Part shown: positions 1-12,835 of the stretch, one piece after another
How positions within the stretch are numbered: the first letter of the stretch is position 1
Layout: each line of letters begins with the position of its first letter
Assembly (NCBI GenBank): GCA_964016885.1
Contig: OZ024740.1
Coordinates: forward strand, 262,012,001 to 262,076,000
DNA length: 64,000 nt
From: Eledone cirrhosa
Taxonomy: Eukaryota
Reading direction: 5' to 3'
Notes under the pieces: model-generated
Told to the model about the DNA's origin: nothing
The model's input: the letters and a program-made list of their open reading frames with translations, nothing else
Databases searched by the model: none
Made by a program: the position numbers and the translations under genes

Positions 1-673
1 AAAATGACTTGTAATAATTGTCAGTCAAACCTGCTATTTATTCTTACATTTTCATTATTGTTGACTTGAGTGTGTTTTCTTTGAAAGGAGATATAGCTGC
101 CAGAAGTATGGTTATTGATTAGAAAGTTATGCAGACTTAAGAAGTAATAAATACGTGTTATATGAATTGTTTTACTTCATGAGAGAACACCATATGGCTA
201 TAGGCGTAGTTTTGGCTTACTAGATAACATCTTTACTCGGCTATATATATATATATTAATACTCCCCCCCCCCCCCCATATATATATATATATATAAGAT
301 GCTAACGATTTTCCGGATCAGCACGATGAGATGATGCTTCTAAGCTTTTAATGAACTTTTCGTCCAGACAGAAATTTGATTTTTTTTTAGCAATAGATAG
401 ATACAAACAAATATATAGTCTTCTATTCAACATCTATGTCTATGTATTTCTACTTCTTTTTCTTTTTGTCCCTTCCTCTTCCTTGCGAATATATATTCAT
501 ATGTAGAGAGAGAGAGAGAGATAGAGATAGAGAGAGAGAGAGCGAGCGAGAGGAGGGTGGGGTGGGGAGAAAGATGCGCTTTTGTATGTTTTAGGAAATA
601 TATATATATATGTACAGACACACACACACACACACACACATATACATATATATATATATATATATATTTATAT

Positions 674-856
674 AATTGTTTCAACTTTTGGCACAAGGCC
701 AGCAAATACCCAGTACATTACTGGTACTTTATTTTATCGACCTCGTAAGGATGAAAGGCAAAGTTAACCTTGACGGGATTTAAACTGTAAAGGGACGTAA
801 CTATGCTGGAAAGCTTGGCGTCCGACCCTCCATCGATACTGCCAATTCACCGCCCT
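674..856 (-). mobile_element. tRNA-derived SINE with Meta-like core (octopod-type)
   Basis: Reverse strand has box A-like TGGCAGTATCG, degenerate box B and core GCCTTTCATCCTTACG.GGTCGATAAAATAAAGTACCAG; many copies in window. Confidence 0.85.
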
Positions 857-1038
857 TATATATATTTATATAATGTATGTGATTCATATATATATATATG
901 ATATATGTGCATGAAAATGTCTATGTATGCCGAAATATATTCATGTATTTATATGAAATTGTATCTATCCATACACATACATACACACAAACTCATACTT
1001 ACACAAACGCACATTCACAGATAAACACACACCCCCTC

Positions 1039-1127
<89 letters not shown>

Positions 1128-1588
1128 GAAATATTGCATGCTTTACGTGTTCTTACGTATGTACTACATACTTACATAATTACACCATAAATATATATTT
1201 ACATATGCATAGGAACATACATATTATGAAACAATTCAAGTATGAGTGATATTGCGACTATGTGCCTTTATGTGTATATATAATTAGATTCGTGTACAGT
1301 TTGTGGTATATCAATATCGATACATATTATATGCATATAAGCAACAGTCGATTTGTATATCAGACTTTTTGTATTTTCCTTCTTTTTTTTTGGGGGGGGG
1401 GGGTATATATGTAAATATATTGGAGCAAATTAGCATACGCATATTTATCTACAATATTTCTGTATGCAACGATGTGTATATTGAATGTTATGTAATTTTT
1501 ATTTATGAGAATGATAAAAGCGTTATGTAAGTTGCTTGTGGTGCGTGGTATGGTTTGATGTATACAATATTGTATGGACGCAGTATGT

Positions 1589-1930
1589 TCAAATGGCTAG
1601 AAAGTTCCTATCGCAATCATTAGGCTCCAGGTTCAACATCTCTGCGTAGATTCTGGGACTAGTGTCATCTATCATAGCTTTCGATTGACTAAAGTGTTTC
1701 GAATAAAACTGGAAAGCTAGAAACTCATTGGATGCATAAGGTGTGTATGGCATACCCCTTTCATTCAAAGGAGCACTCTTGTCCCACTGAGTGTTTTGCT
1801 GGTCCGCGCTGAAATTTAGTTTAAGCGAACAATTGGCAGTGGAATCACCAGTCACTAGCACGGTAATATCACGAACAGGAGGTTCTGATGTTCGAACCTC
1901 AAAACCAACGGAACTCCATTCCCAGGAATA
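1589..1930 (-). CDS. Putative terminal coding exon of an unidentified host gene (YSWEWSSVGFEVRTSEPPVRDITVLVTGD...CDRNFLAI*)
   Basis: Non-repetitive island with a 114-codon open frame, starting right after a cgcacgcag acceptor-like site (CAG at 1933-1931) and ending in TGA; normal amino-acid composition; family not recognised. Confidence 0.5.
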   Translation of the reverse strand, partial: YSWEWSSVGFEVRTSEPPVRDITVLVTGDSTANCSLKLNFSADQQNTQWDKSAPLNERGMPYTPYASNEFLAFQFYSKHFSQSKAMIDDTSPRIYAEMLNLEPNDCDRNFLAI

Positions 1931-2215
1931 CTGCGTGCGTGTGAGGACGAATTTAGGAAAGCAATGATGTTTGGAAATGATTGCTATATGTGAGCATCTA
2001 TATATATGGTTCTATTTTCTTTTATTCATTCATTCTTTCTTTCTTTCTTTCATTTTCTTTCTTTCTTTCCTTCTTTGTTTCTTTCTTTCGCCCCATCCCT
2101 TTGTGTATATATGGCAGCTACAGCTCGATAACTCCACTAGGAGTCATGGGTACAGGTTAGCGTAGGGATTAGGGTATTTTCTGCGAGGTGGGTAGGGTAG
2201 ACTGATTGAAGCAAT

Positions 2216-2403
2216 AATTGTTTCTACTTTAGGCACAAGGCCAGCAATTACCCAGTGCATTACTGGTACTTTATTTTATCGACCCCGTAAGGATGAAAGG
2301 CAAAGTCAACCTCGGCGGGATTTGAACTCAGATCGTAAAGGGACGTAACTATGCTGGAAAGCATGGCGTCCGATCCTCTACCGATACTGCCAATCCACCG
2401 CCC
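2216..2403 (-). mobile_element. tRNA-derived SINE, full length with target-site duplication
   Basis: Same family, box B-like GAGTTCAAATCCC; flanked by direct repeat ctgattgaagcaataat (2202-2218 / 2403-2419). Confidence 0.9.
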
Positions 2404-2484
2404 TGATTGAAGCAATAATGGTTTTATTTACGTATATATATATATAGCTCAGGCTCTGGCTTCAAATATGTTGTACTTCCATAT

Positions 2485-2605
<121 letters not shown>

Positions 2606-2784
2606 TATATAATATATATATAATATATATATATATAATATAAGATATAATGCTCTGATTTTTTGATTTTAATTTATTAATTCTTCATTGAGCTTAAAAG
2701 TGAACAGTTGCAACATATATTTATCTTTAATTTAATTTTATGTATATGATAACCTTTATATTATATATAATATATATATATATA

Positions 2785-2848
<64 letters not shown>

Positions 2849-3169
2849 AAGTACAACATATTCGAAGCCAGAGCCTGAGCTAAGCCGACGAATGCTTTCA
2901 GCAGTGCAGCCAAGTACTCGACAAGGTATAGGACCTCAGAGTAATAACATACAGTTTAAAGGGCTTTGCAAAATGAAGACAGCAACCGGTCATTCAGTCG
3001 GGGTCCTTAGCAACGAAAGAACTGACTCGTGAGAAAAAAATTCATACACATATCACACGGCACTGGACAGAATTGGTTCCACATCATTTATTCTCATCTC
3101 GGGAACAATTTTGAATAGCGCCAGTTCGTAATTTGAACTCGGGAATTTTATATTCTCCGAGTGAAAAGA

Positions 3170-3256
3170 ACCTTCTGGCGAGAGTTTATCTTTTCAATGG
3201 AAGACCTCAAGGACTGTCCATTTATTTTTGAGGCTCGAAACCGAATCGGTAAAGGT
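3170..3256 (+). ncRNA. Hammerhead ribozyme, copy 1 (core mutated to CUGGCGA)
   Basis: acctt-CTGGCGA-gagttt...gaggctc-GAAAC-cgaatcg-GTA-aaggt; stem I acctt/aaggt. Confidence 0.6.
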
Positions 3257-3655
3257 AACCATAGTGAGTACAGTGAATTTTTAAAAATTTATTTTGAAAC
3301 TTTTTCTTATTTGCTAAACCTTGATTATATATGTTCTGGCTCGTTAATTTATTAACCTGTCATTGAACCACATTGGCATATGGTTGGACAATACATGTGT
3401 CCCTAGACGCTTTTTGCGTGTAGGGATATATACTTTATTATTATTATTCTCCTCTTGGTCGAGATAAAATTTGGTCGTTCTGACTGCTGCTATTTATAGT
3501 GGTAGTAGACTGACCTCCCTGCCTCTGCTTCTATCTTTACACACGGCACTGGACAGAATTGGTTCCACATCATTCATTCTCATCTCGGGAACAATTTTGA
3601 ATAGCGCCAGTTCGTAATTTGAACTCGGGAATTTTATATTCTCCGAGTGAAAAGA

Positions 3656-3742
3656 ACCTTCTGACGAGAGTTTATCTTTTCAATGGAAGGCCGCAAGGAC
3701 TGTCCATTTATTTTTGAGACTCGAAACCGATTCGGTAAAGTT
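3656..3742 (+). ncRNA. Hammerhead ribozyme, copy 2 (core intact)
   Basis: acctt-CTGACGA-gagttt...gagactc-GAAAC-cgattcg-GTA-aagtt; stem III ACCG/CGGT. Confidence 0.7.
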
Positions 3743-3848
3743 AACCATAGTGAGTACAATGAATTTTTTAAAATTTATTTTGAAACTTTTTCTTATTTGT
3801 TAAACCTTGAGTATACATATATATATATACATATATACATACATATAC

Positions 3849-3981
<133 letters not shown>

Positions 3982-4204
3982 GGGATAACAGGTTATCGTT
4001 ATAGGCAGTCCACTTAGATGTAGTCCAGTAGTTAGAGTACTCCGTGTAGTGGATGGTATTAAGGTGTAGCTTAGTTTGACTCAGCAAGACGTTTCCATAG
4101 TGATGCTGCGAGTTCGCAGTGATTTCTATGAGGTTTATACTTGGAGTAATAATAATTCAAGAAAGAAGAGTGACATGGTTTGCTATACAATAAGGGCTTT
4201 ATTC

Positions 4205-4320
4205 ACATTGCTGACAATTGTTTCGTTGATCAGCTAGGTCTAGAGTTCGCTACTCGCCTGATTTTGCGTCAATCGATCTCCAATGCTTTGTTTATAACCA
4301 GTCGTTTTCATCAGGGCACG
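4205..4320 (-). ncRNA. Hammerhead-like motif with long stem II insert, in PLE 3' pLTR
   Basis: Minus strand gtgcc-CTGATGA...(~85 nt)...GAAACAATTGTC-agca then AATAAA; stem I only partial. Confidence 0.55.
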
Positions 4321-4973
4321 CGAAAGTGAAGAAGATACACAAGGCATGGCTTTTATAGAGGTGTGGTATTAAACCAGAACAATAATACAATAATAAAATA
4401 ACTCGATACTGAATAGTTAGAATAATAACATCAATATAAGTAAGAAATAGAGTATAATGATGAATCTAGCATATTAAACGAACTGATATGATACAGATGT
4501 ATGAAATTGACATGTGAAAACTGCTATAGGGTACATTAGATGTAGTGTTAAGGTGGTGAAGAGATAACTGATAAAATGTACTTGGAGTCAGGATTTATTA
4601 TGTATCTGCGTTTGTGTAGGTTTGAAGGCACGCTGGTAATAAACCGGAGATTTATTTATTGTTTGACAAATAAACATTTTCGTTGTATTAATTTATTGAG
4701 AATGATAGGGTGCAAAGAAATATATAGTATTTATGTGGTGTTAAGTGGAGTTGTAGATTCGTTATTTAAGTGGCCTATTCTAAAAGTTGGGATTGTTAGT
4801 TCGAATCATGGGGGTTTAGTTTTCACAACATCAATAACAAATAGTGTATAAAAAAGACAATAATAACAACAATAATAGAGACAATAAAGTAATAAAATAG
4901 TTAAATATGCATGGTAGATAGAGAGAACATGATGAATAATATTAGGGATACATTGAGATGATCATAATAATAA

Positions 4974-5089
4974 TAATTGTTTCTACGTTAGGCACAAGGC
5001 CAGCAATTACCCAGTGTATTACTGGTACTTTATTTTATCGACCCCGTAAGGATGAAAGGCAAATTTAACCTCGGCGGGATTTGAACTCA
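4974..5089 (-). mobile_element. Truncated SINE nested in the PLE
   Basis: Matches the SINE 3' half and core. Confidence 0.85.
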
Positions 5090-6489
5090 AGAGGAAAATA
5101 GGATTTCAAGGAGTGTAGGAGTAATAAGATAATGCACTTAGAATTAAGTTCATCTGTTAGAGATCATGAGTGCTAATGTGAGATGCGTAGATATAATTGT
5201 TTGGTCCGAAGGAGTAAACAACAGCAAGGAGGGGATTGATTTACGGGCTGATAAGATAGTTGTAGACATTACCTCCCATCCTAGTGGTATAGATTTAGGG
5301 AGGCTAGAAGGTGTTTATAGAAGATTATGGATCTGTAGTGGGCTGTGTGAGAATGTGGATTTCATATGTGTTAAATGCTAAGTGATTTTCCCTTAATATA
5401 GGTGATGCTGGTTCGAATCACGGTTATTTAAATCTCGCGAATTTTGTAGCAATCCTATATCTGCAGAAAATTGACCTTTCTATTTTGATGTTGAGTAGCA
5501 TTTTATCGTTCCTTAAGATATGTAGCAATTCAAGGTTGCAGAGCCCGCAATGGGACATACCGCTGCTATAGGCCTTTGCGGTCGCTAATTTCGACCAGCT
5601 AATATTGTAATCAAGGTTTTTGTCCTTAAGTTGCCAGATTTTATTGGCAAGGGTTGTAGAATTTCCCAGTGCACGGTTCTTCATTGAATGTCTGTGCACA
5701 TACCATCTTTTTTAAAAACACCCGCGGTGATCCAATGGAGTGCCAAGTGGAGTTGCCCGAGTTTACAGTACAAATGTACACTAGGCTCGAATCAAGGCAC
5801 CTATTCGCTAATGGACACTTATCTGGTAGGTGACAATTGCAGTTTGAAGTATTGTTCCGTGCAGCTTTCACATTGCGGTTTTGAAAACTGCTATGTGTGG
5901 GTTGTGATTCATGTCCATTGAAGTTTTGCTGTGGTGTGTTGATGTGCGTTTGTGGTTGTGATACGGTAATGTGTTTCTGTTGAGTGTTTGGTGCTATGTT
6001 GCGTATAGGTGGGATAGCTTTCCTAGAGGTATTCCTGTGGTTGATTTTGCGTATGTGCGATTCAATGTTGACAGCAGTAGAGTATGAAAGTTTTATAGTT
6101 TTTCTATTGAAAATTTTATGATATCTATGCGATGTAGGGAAGTGCTTATCTATTAGTTTAAAAAACGTAGAAGGCAGTTTAGTTCTTATAGAGGAGTTGA
6201 AGAATGGATTAAACCATAGGTATTTTCTTTCTCTAGTTCTCCTATAGTTTCTAGGGTTTCCATTATTCGTGTTCAATCCTCCTACTCTAGGTGCAACTTG
6301 CCTAGTTCTATGTCTAGTCCGGTTACCTTTATTTTTGTATGAGCGGTTGATGTTGGTGTTAATGGGTTTGTTTGTGTTGTCCTTATCCGTTATATATATA
6401 TATATCTGTCGTATGGTTGCTTGGATGCGTCCATAGGCGGTATGTCTGTTGAGCACTCTAAGCTCCTTCGGAGCAGAGTATGGAGTATG

Positions 6490-6549
<60 letters not shown>

Positions 6550-6647
6550 AAGGGAGAGAGAGAGAGAGAGAGACAAAGAAAGAAAGAACACTGGAAGGTA
6601 ATATCCGTAGTGGTAGAGCACTCAGTCCATGGGACGAGTTTGGTAGG

Positions 6648-6775
6648 AGTAATAACACAACAATTAGTTCACCATGCCGAGAACAATTGTTTCACTTTAT
6701 GCGGATCTTCAGCTGAAGATCCATATAAGGTGAAACAATTGTTCTCGCTATGGTGAACTAATTGTTGTGTTATTA

Positions 6776-6777
<2 letters not shown>
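6648..6777. repeat. ~130-bp fold-back palindrome of hammerhead halves
   Basis: Arms mirror around CAG|CTG (6712/6713); each arm reads CTGAAGAtcc...gtGAAACAATTGTTC. Confidence 0.85.
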
Positions 6778-6868
<91 letters not shown>

Positions 6869-6995
6869 TTAGGGTAAACATTGATGCAATTCAAATCAAG
6901 CACGCAACGTACTTTTTCCACATGGGAGTGACGGAGTAAATATCGAATTAGGAAAAGCGAAGTAGTTTCAGATGTTCAATTCTTTTAATAATAAT

Positions 6996-7069
6996 GCTGT
7001 GATATATATTTCAATGACGACACTGGCCACACTGTTCTGTGTGCCAGTGTCGTGACATCTTCAGACAGC
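6996..7069 (-). ncRNA. Type I hammerhead ribozyme
   Basis: gctgt-CTGAAGA-long stem II (cgacactggc/gccagtgtcg)-GAAATATATATC-acagc; perfect 5-bp stem I; palindromic stem III. Confidence 0.8.
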
Positions 7070-7299
7070 TTGTTACATAATAAGCTTATGTTTCTGAGGC
7101 AATCCAAATTGAATCGACATGGGAACGGACGAAGTGTGTGCTTTTGGGTTCTTCACCCGTTCCCCTGTGAGTACCAATTCCCCCCCACCGGTCTGCACAG
7201 GCGCATGTCCGAAGGAAGTTGACCATTAGCTACCGCAGATTTCAACGAAATTCGCTTAGTCAGTTCCCCCTCTCAGCCAAACAATGACCCATTCAGGCC

Positions 7300-7920
7300 T
7301 TAGTTAAAGAATAAACAGAAGGAAGCATTTATTAAAAGGTTAAATGTATTATTGATAGTGATAATAAAGTTTCAGGGTAGAATATAAAGTTAAGATTAAA
7401 AAAGTAACATTAAGCCCAAGTTTAAGAGTACCGTTTGGCGGTCAATAACCAGTGACGTGCCGGACTCCCAGCCCACCCAGAGCACAATGGCGTGTCAACC
7501 GTTCCGAGTATTTTCGTCTACCGAAAGAAAGGGAAACTTATTTTTTCGAACACTCCAGTAAGGGTAACCGAGTCAAGCGCCGGGGTTGCTAGCGGAAAGC
7601 CCGCTACCCCCAGCTGATAATCGCGTATACCAAACAATTATTAGTTATTCACCCTAGTGGGGGATTTAGTTAAAGAACTAGAAGAAGGAGGCATTTATTG
7701 TAAAAGTTAAATATAATTTTGATATTCATGATACATTTTTAGGGTAGAATTTAAAGTTAGGATTAAAGATTAAGCTTAGAATTCCAAGTCCGCCCAGGGC
7801 CCAAGGGCATAACACCCGTTCCGAGTATTTTCGTTTACCGAAAGAAGGGGAAATTTATATTTCCAAGCACTCTAGGAAGGTTGATCGGCTCAAGCGCTGG
7901 GCGTGCAAGTAGGAAGGCCG
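7300..7920. repeat. Imperfect direct repeat (about 7300-7600 vs 7670-7915)
   Basis: Shared blocks such as ccgttccgagtattttcgt.taccgaaagaa.gggaaa and agggtagaat.taaagtta.gattaaa. Confidence 0.7.
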
Positions 7921-8829
7921 TCACATCCATCGGATCATCGCGCGTACCAAACGATTTAGCAGCAGGACCCGGCGTTGCACGGGTAGGAAACGTGAAATAG
8001 CAACACGCATATGCAAAGATTGAGGAATGAAGCTGTGTACTTTTTGAATTCCCTTATTCTCAGGGAATGATTGTTCATCTACTGGAAACGTAGAACGCCA
8101 GCAGGCCGAATGCAGTAGTAGCAATGTCAGTGGGCTGATTGCGGAAATCCTGTATGCGAAAGGAGTAAGTAAGTGTTGTGGGGCGATGTATGTCGTAAGT
8201 CTGTTCCCGAATGACGTCACGGACGGGGAACACACGTCAGTCTGAAGGAGGAACATAGTCAATTGTGTGAAAACCAAGTAGGGATGTACGTTTAAGTAGG
8301 GATAATGAGATGACGAAATCAGCGTGGCAACGCAGCTGAAGCAGAAGGGGGTCATAGTGCAATTATCACAAACGCTGGGCGGCACTGATTGCACTGCGTT
8401 TACATAGCAACAAATGTGCGACAAAAGGGGTCACCGTGGAATTAGCACAACCGCTGTTCGGCGTACTTACGCAAGGCGTTCATACTGCGGTGTAGGTGCA
8501 ACAAAAGGGGTGTTAGTAGAAGTAGCACATACGTGAGTTTTACAGTGTCAATAACACGGCAACGTACACAGGGCCTGGATTTGCGCGTGATGAAAACAGG
8601 GCGCCGACAACAATTTTAAGGTCCTTCTCATTTCCTCAATACCCCGAAAATCGTCCTGCTTTAAAGTGTTGTGTCCTCTGTTAAATAAACCAAATTTTTT
8701 ACGAAATATTATACGCTACTTACGATGTTTAAGTAGCGTTTATATTGAAAATGAAAATGACATGTAATGCCCAATGCCAATTCGTAAATATCCTAGAAAC
8801 CATTAATGGAATCGCACATTTTTTTTCAC

Positions 8830-9098
8830 AGCAATATGAGGAGACTAACTAATGTGTGCTGCAAATTTCGAGGAAATCGGCTGGATTATTTTTAAGTTAC
8901 GCCTAAAAGAAACCTAAAAATGCCTAAAAATGCGGGTTTTCGCCTAGGGCAGAAAAAGTAAAAATTATTTTAGCCCATATCACTCAAGAAATATAAGTTA
9001 CGCATGTGTAAAGTTTGAACAAAATCGGTCGGGTATTTATCGAGTTTTAGGGATTTAAACAGACAGACAGACATCCTCTGTTTTATATATATAGATAT
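8830..9098 (-). mobile_element. Non-autonomous Helitron-like (Lep1-type) 5' portion
   Basis: Minus strand starts A|TCTATATATATAAAA followed by (CTGT)n and aaactt/accgattttg-type motifs. Confidence 0.55.
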
Positions 9099-9105
9099 GT
9101 ATATA

Positions 9106-10081
<976 letters not shown>

Positions 10082-10588
10082 TATCTGTGAACATATTCAG
10101 GTATTGTTCAAGCACCCAGTATATAACCGTTTGTAAAGCCCTTCGAATGACAGAAGCAATTCAATAAAACCATCCCGTTTTCCCCCTATAGTAGACATAA
10201 CCTGAGAAAACATACCATAATAAGTCGGATAAACAATCAGAAGTGTTGGCCCTAAAGAGGGCCTTGTAACGTTCACTGTTGCAAGAAATATTAATAACGG
10301 GGGGAGAAGTTACATCTTAATTCATGTTAATCTTCCCACGATCTGTCACCTCGAAATATCGACAAAATAAACTCTACTCTCAAAGACGGCATGTTACAAT
10401 GCCGGGTGTACGAATATTCGTCAACATACGTCTTGGGTTTTGTTCTTCTGACTAATCCTATGGTAGGCCAACTTCTAGGTCATTAATCATCACACCTTTT
10501 TGTAACTTATCACCGATTCCTACAGTTGACCTTAATGTGACCTAAGCGTGTGCACGTGTTCAGAATCCATATCAGTGGATGTGATATA

Positions 10589-11215
10589 TCTATATATATA
10601 AAGTTGTAGTTCCTGTCTGGTTGTTTGTTTGTTCAAGAACTCCTCCTATGGTTTTGGAGATAGACCCCCATAAACATATATATTCTGAAACTACATTGCC
10701 AGGGTACTTGGATGAGTATATTTAATTTTAATCAAATGCTTCCCCGGGGGCACAAAACCCCGCTGAAAATCTTTTCCTTTCGATTTATATGAAATTTAAA
10801 CCATAGGTAAACTACAAAATATGATGCCTATTCACAAAATTTCAGCAAATTTCAATAATATTAAGACACCCTAATGGGGGTTAAACCTTCATAGTGAAAA
10901 TTTTGGAAGTCCAAATAAAATAATGCTTTACACAAAAAGGAAATGATCAAGCTTTGAATTGATATTTAAAAAAAAAAATATTTACAAGAAACAAAATAAG
11001 AATAAGATTTAATAATATAATTTTGAATTGATATATTACAAAAGATAATCTTTTCCAATTTTTCATGCATTACATTTTACATTGAATAATATTGAAATGC
11101 AGAGTTTTTTCCTCCATAAATCATATCACTGATTTAGAATCAAACATCATTTTTTTACAAAAAAAAAAAATAAATAAATGTGTGAAACGCAGTAAGGCGC
11201 GGTTAATTCAGTTAG
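10589..11215 (+). mobile_element. Non-autonomous Helitron-like element
   Basis: 5' A|TCTATATATATAAAG, (GTTT)n, GC-rich subterminal segment and CTAG-like (TTAG)|T 3' end. Confidence 0.55.
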
Positions 11216-11602
11216 TATATATATACCTGTTCAGTCGTCAACCAAAATTAGATTGTCTGCCTTGTTTGAAATTTCTTTATGTATACTTCTAATAAGTTGT
11301 TGCCTCGTTTTGGAGGACTGAGTTGTGGGAGGAGGAATAGTGGGAGGGAGGATTCAAGATACAGTATTAGTATCTCCTCTTCCCCCTCTCTTACTGAAAC
11401 GTCTTCTCATACTTTCTCCACTGTAAAGATATCCCCAGATGTACCATTATCAATTTTTATTGAAATCCAATTAGTCAGTCCTGTTTCTGAATATTAACTT
11501 AACTTGTGTAAAGTTTCATCAGGATTGGATCAATGGTGGAGGCGCCACCTGGTTATACGCAGATTACGCAGATACACAGAGACAGAAATTGCCATTTATA
11601 TA

Positions 11603-11654
<52 letters not shown>

Positions 11655-11666
11655 ATGTATATGTGG

Positions 11667-11741
<75 letters not shown>

Positions 11742-11850
11742 CATACACACTGACATTATTATTCCCTTTTTATATTAAACTGCACTTAATGTTGATACTC
11801 TGTGACTAATGTTTTCTATATGAATTTGTGGTCTTGATTTGCTTAACTAC

Positions 11851-11880
<30 letters not shown>

Positions 11881-11886
<6 letters not shown>

Positions 11887-12084
11887 AGGGATGGGTAAAG
11901 AGGGTACTGAATACGTTGGTAGATCATAAGCATCTTTATTCTATATATGGAATGACTTATACGCGACTAGAACTGTTGATTTCATACAGATGAAACAGTT
12001 CTAGTCCCGCAGACGTCATTCCATATATAGAATAAAGATGCTTATGATCTACCAACGTATTCAGTACCATCTTTACCTATCCCT

Positions 12085-12090
<6 letters not shown>
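11881..12090. repeat. ~210-bp fold-back palindrome in (TA)n
   Basis: tgcacaaggga...gaactg / cagttc...tcccttgtgca; related hairpin element at 38834-38990. Confidence 0.9.
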
Positions 12091-12130
<40 letters not shown>

Positions 12131-12310
12131 AGTGTGCATGCAATGAACTTTGATTCACTCATTCGTTATTTCTGATTGCTTTCTTTTCTGCGTTTTACGG
12201 ATAACAACGTTATGCAATGGTGTGTCTTCATAAATATATGTATGTAAAAAAATCGCATACACGCATACACACTGACACACAGCACACACCCACACACATA
12301 TATATATATA

Positions 12311-12412
<102 letters not shown>

Positions 12413-12671
12413 TAAACGGAATAGAAAGTGCTGACAAATTGTTTACAGTTGAAAAATGGTTTAATTAGGAATAAAAGAGTATTAGTGATTGTATGGGTTA
12501 GTATTCAGTTGTGGTTTTAAGTTTTTAAGTTTTTACCGGTTGCGCATTTCTAAATGCTTTTCAAAAATGATTTTGAGATAGAGTGTCCGTGCTGTTTGCT
12601 CTGATCTGATGCATTTTCTATTCCGTTTACCAATATATAATAACTTGTGTGTACACCTCTATTCTTTTAAC

Positions 12672-12710
<39 letters not shown>

Positions 12711-12716
12711 TCCACG

Positions 12717-12800
12717 TCATTCTTCTTCTTCTTCTTCTTCTTCTTCTTCTTCTTCTTCTTCTTCTTCTTCTTCTTCTTCTTCTTCTTCTTCTTCTTCTTC
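12717..12800. repeat. (TTC)n microsatellite
   Basis: Direct observation. Confidence 0.95.
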
Positions 12801-12835
12801 TCTCGCTTTCACTATATATATATATATATATATAT

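Larger units (their letters stand above)
3059..3810 (+). repeat. ~270-bp direct repeat pair (3059-3330 / 3541-3810), pLTR/retrozyme-like, each copy with a hammerhead motif
   Basis: Near-identical copies offset by about 485 nt; followed by (TA)n. Confidence 0.8.

Noticed and set aside
2216-2403. tRNA gene
   Set aside because: Box A/B-like motifs belong to a multi-copy SINE with TSDs; no cloverleaf
10310-10560. Possible minus-strand exon
   Set aside because: In-frame stops; no convincing splice pair
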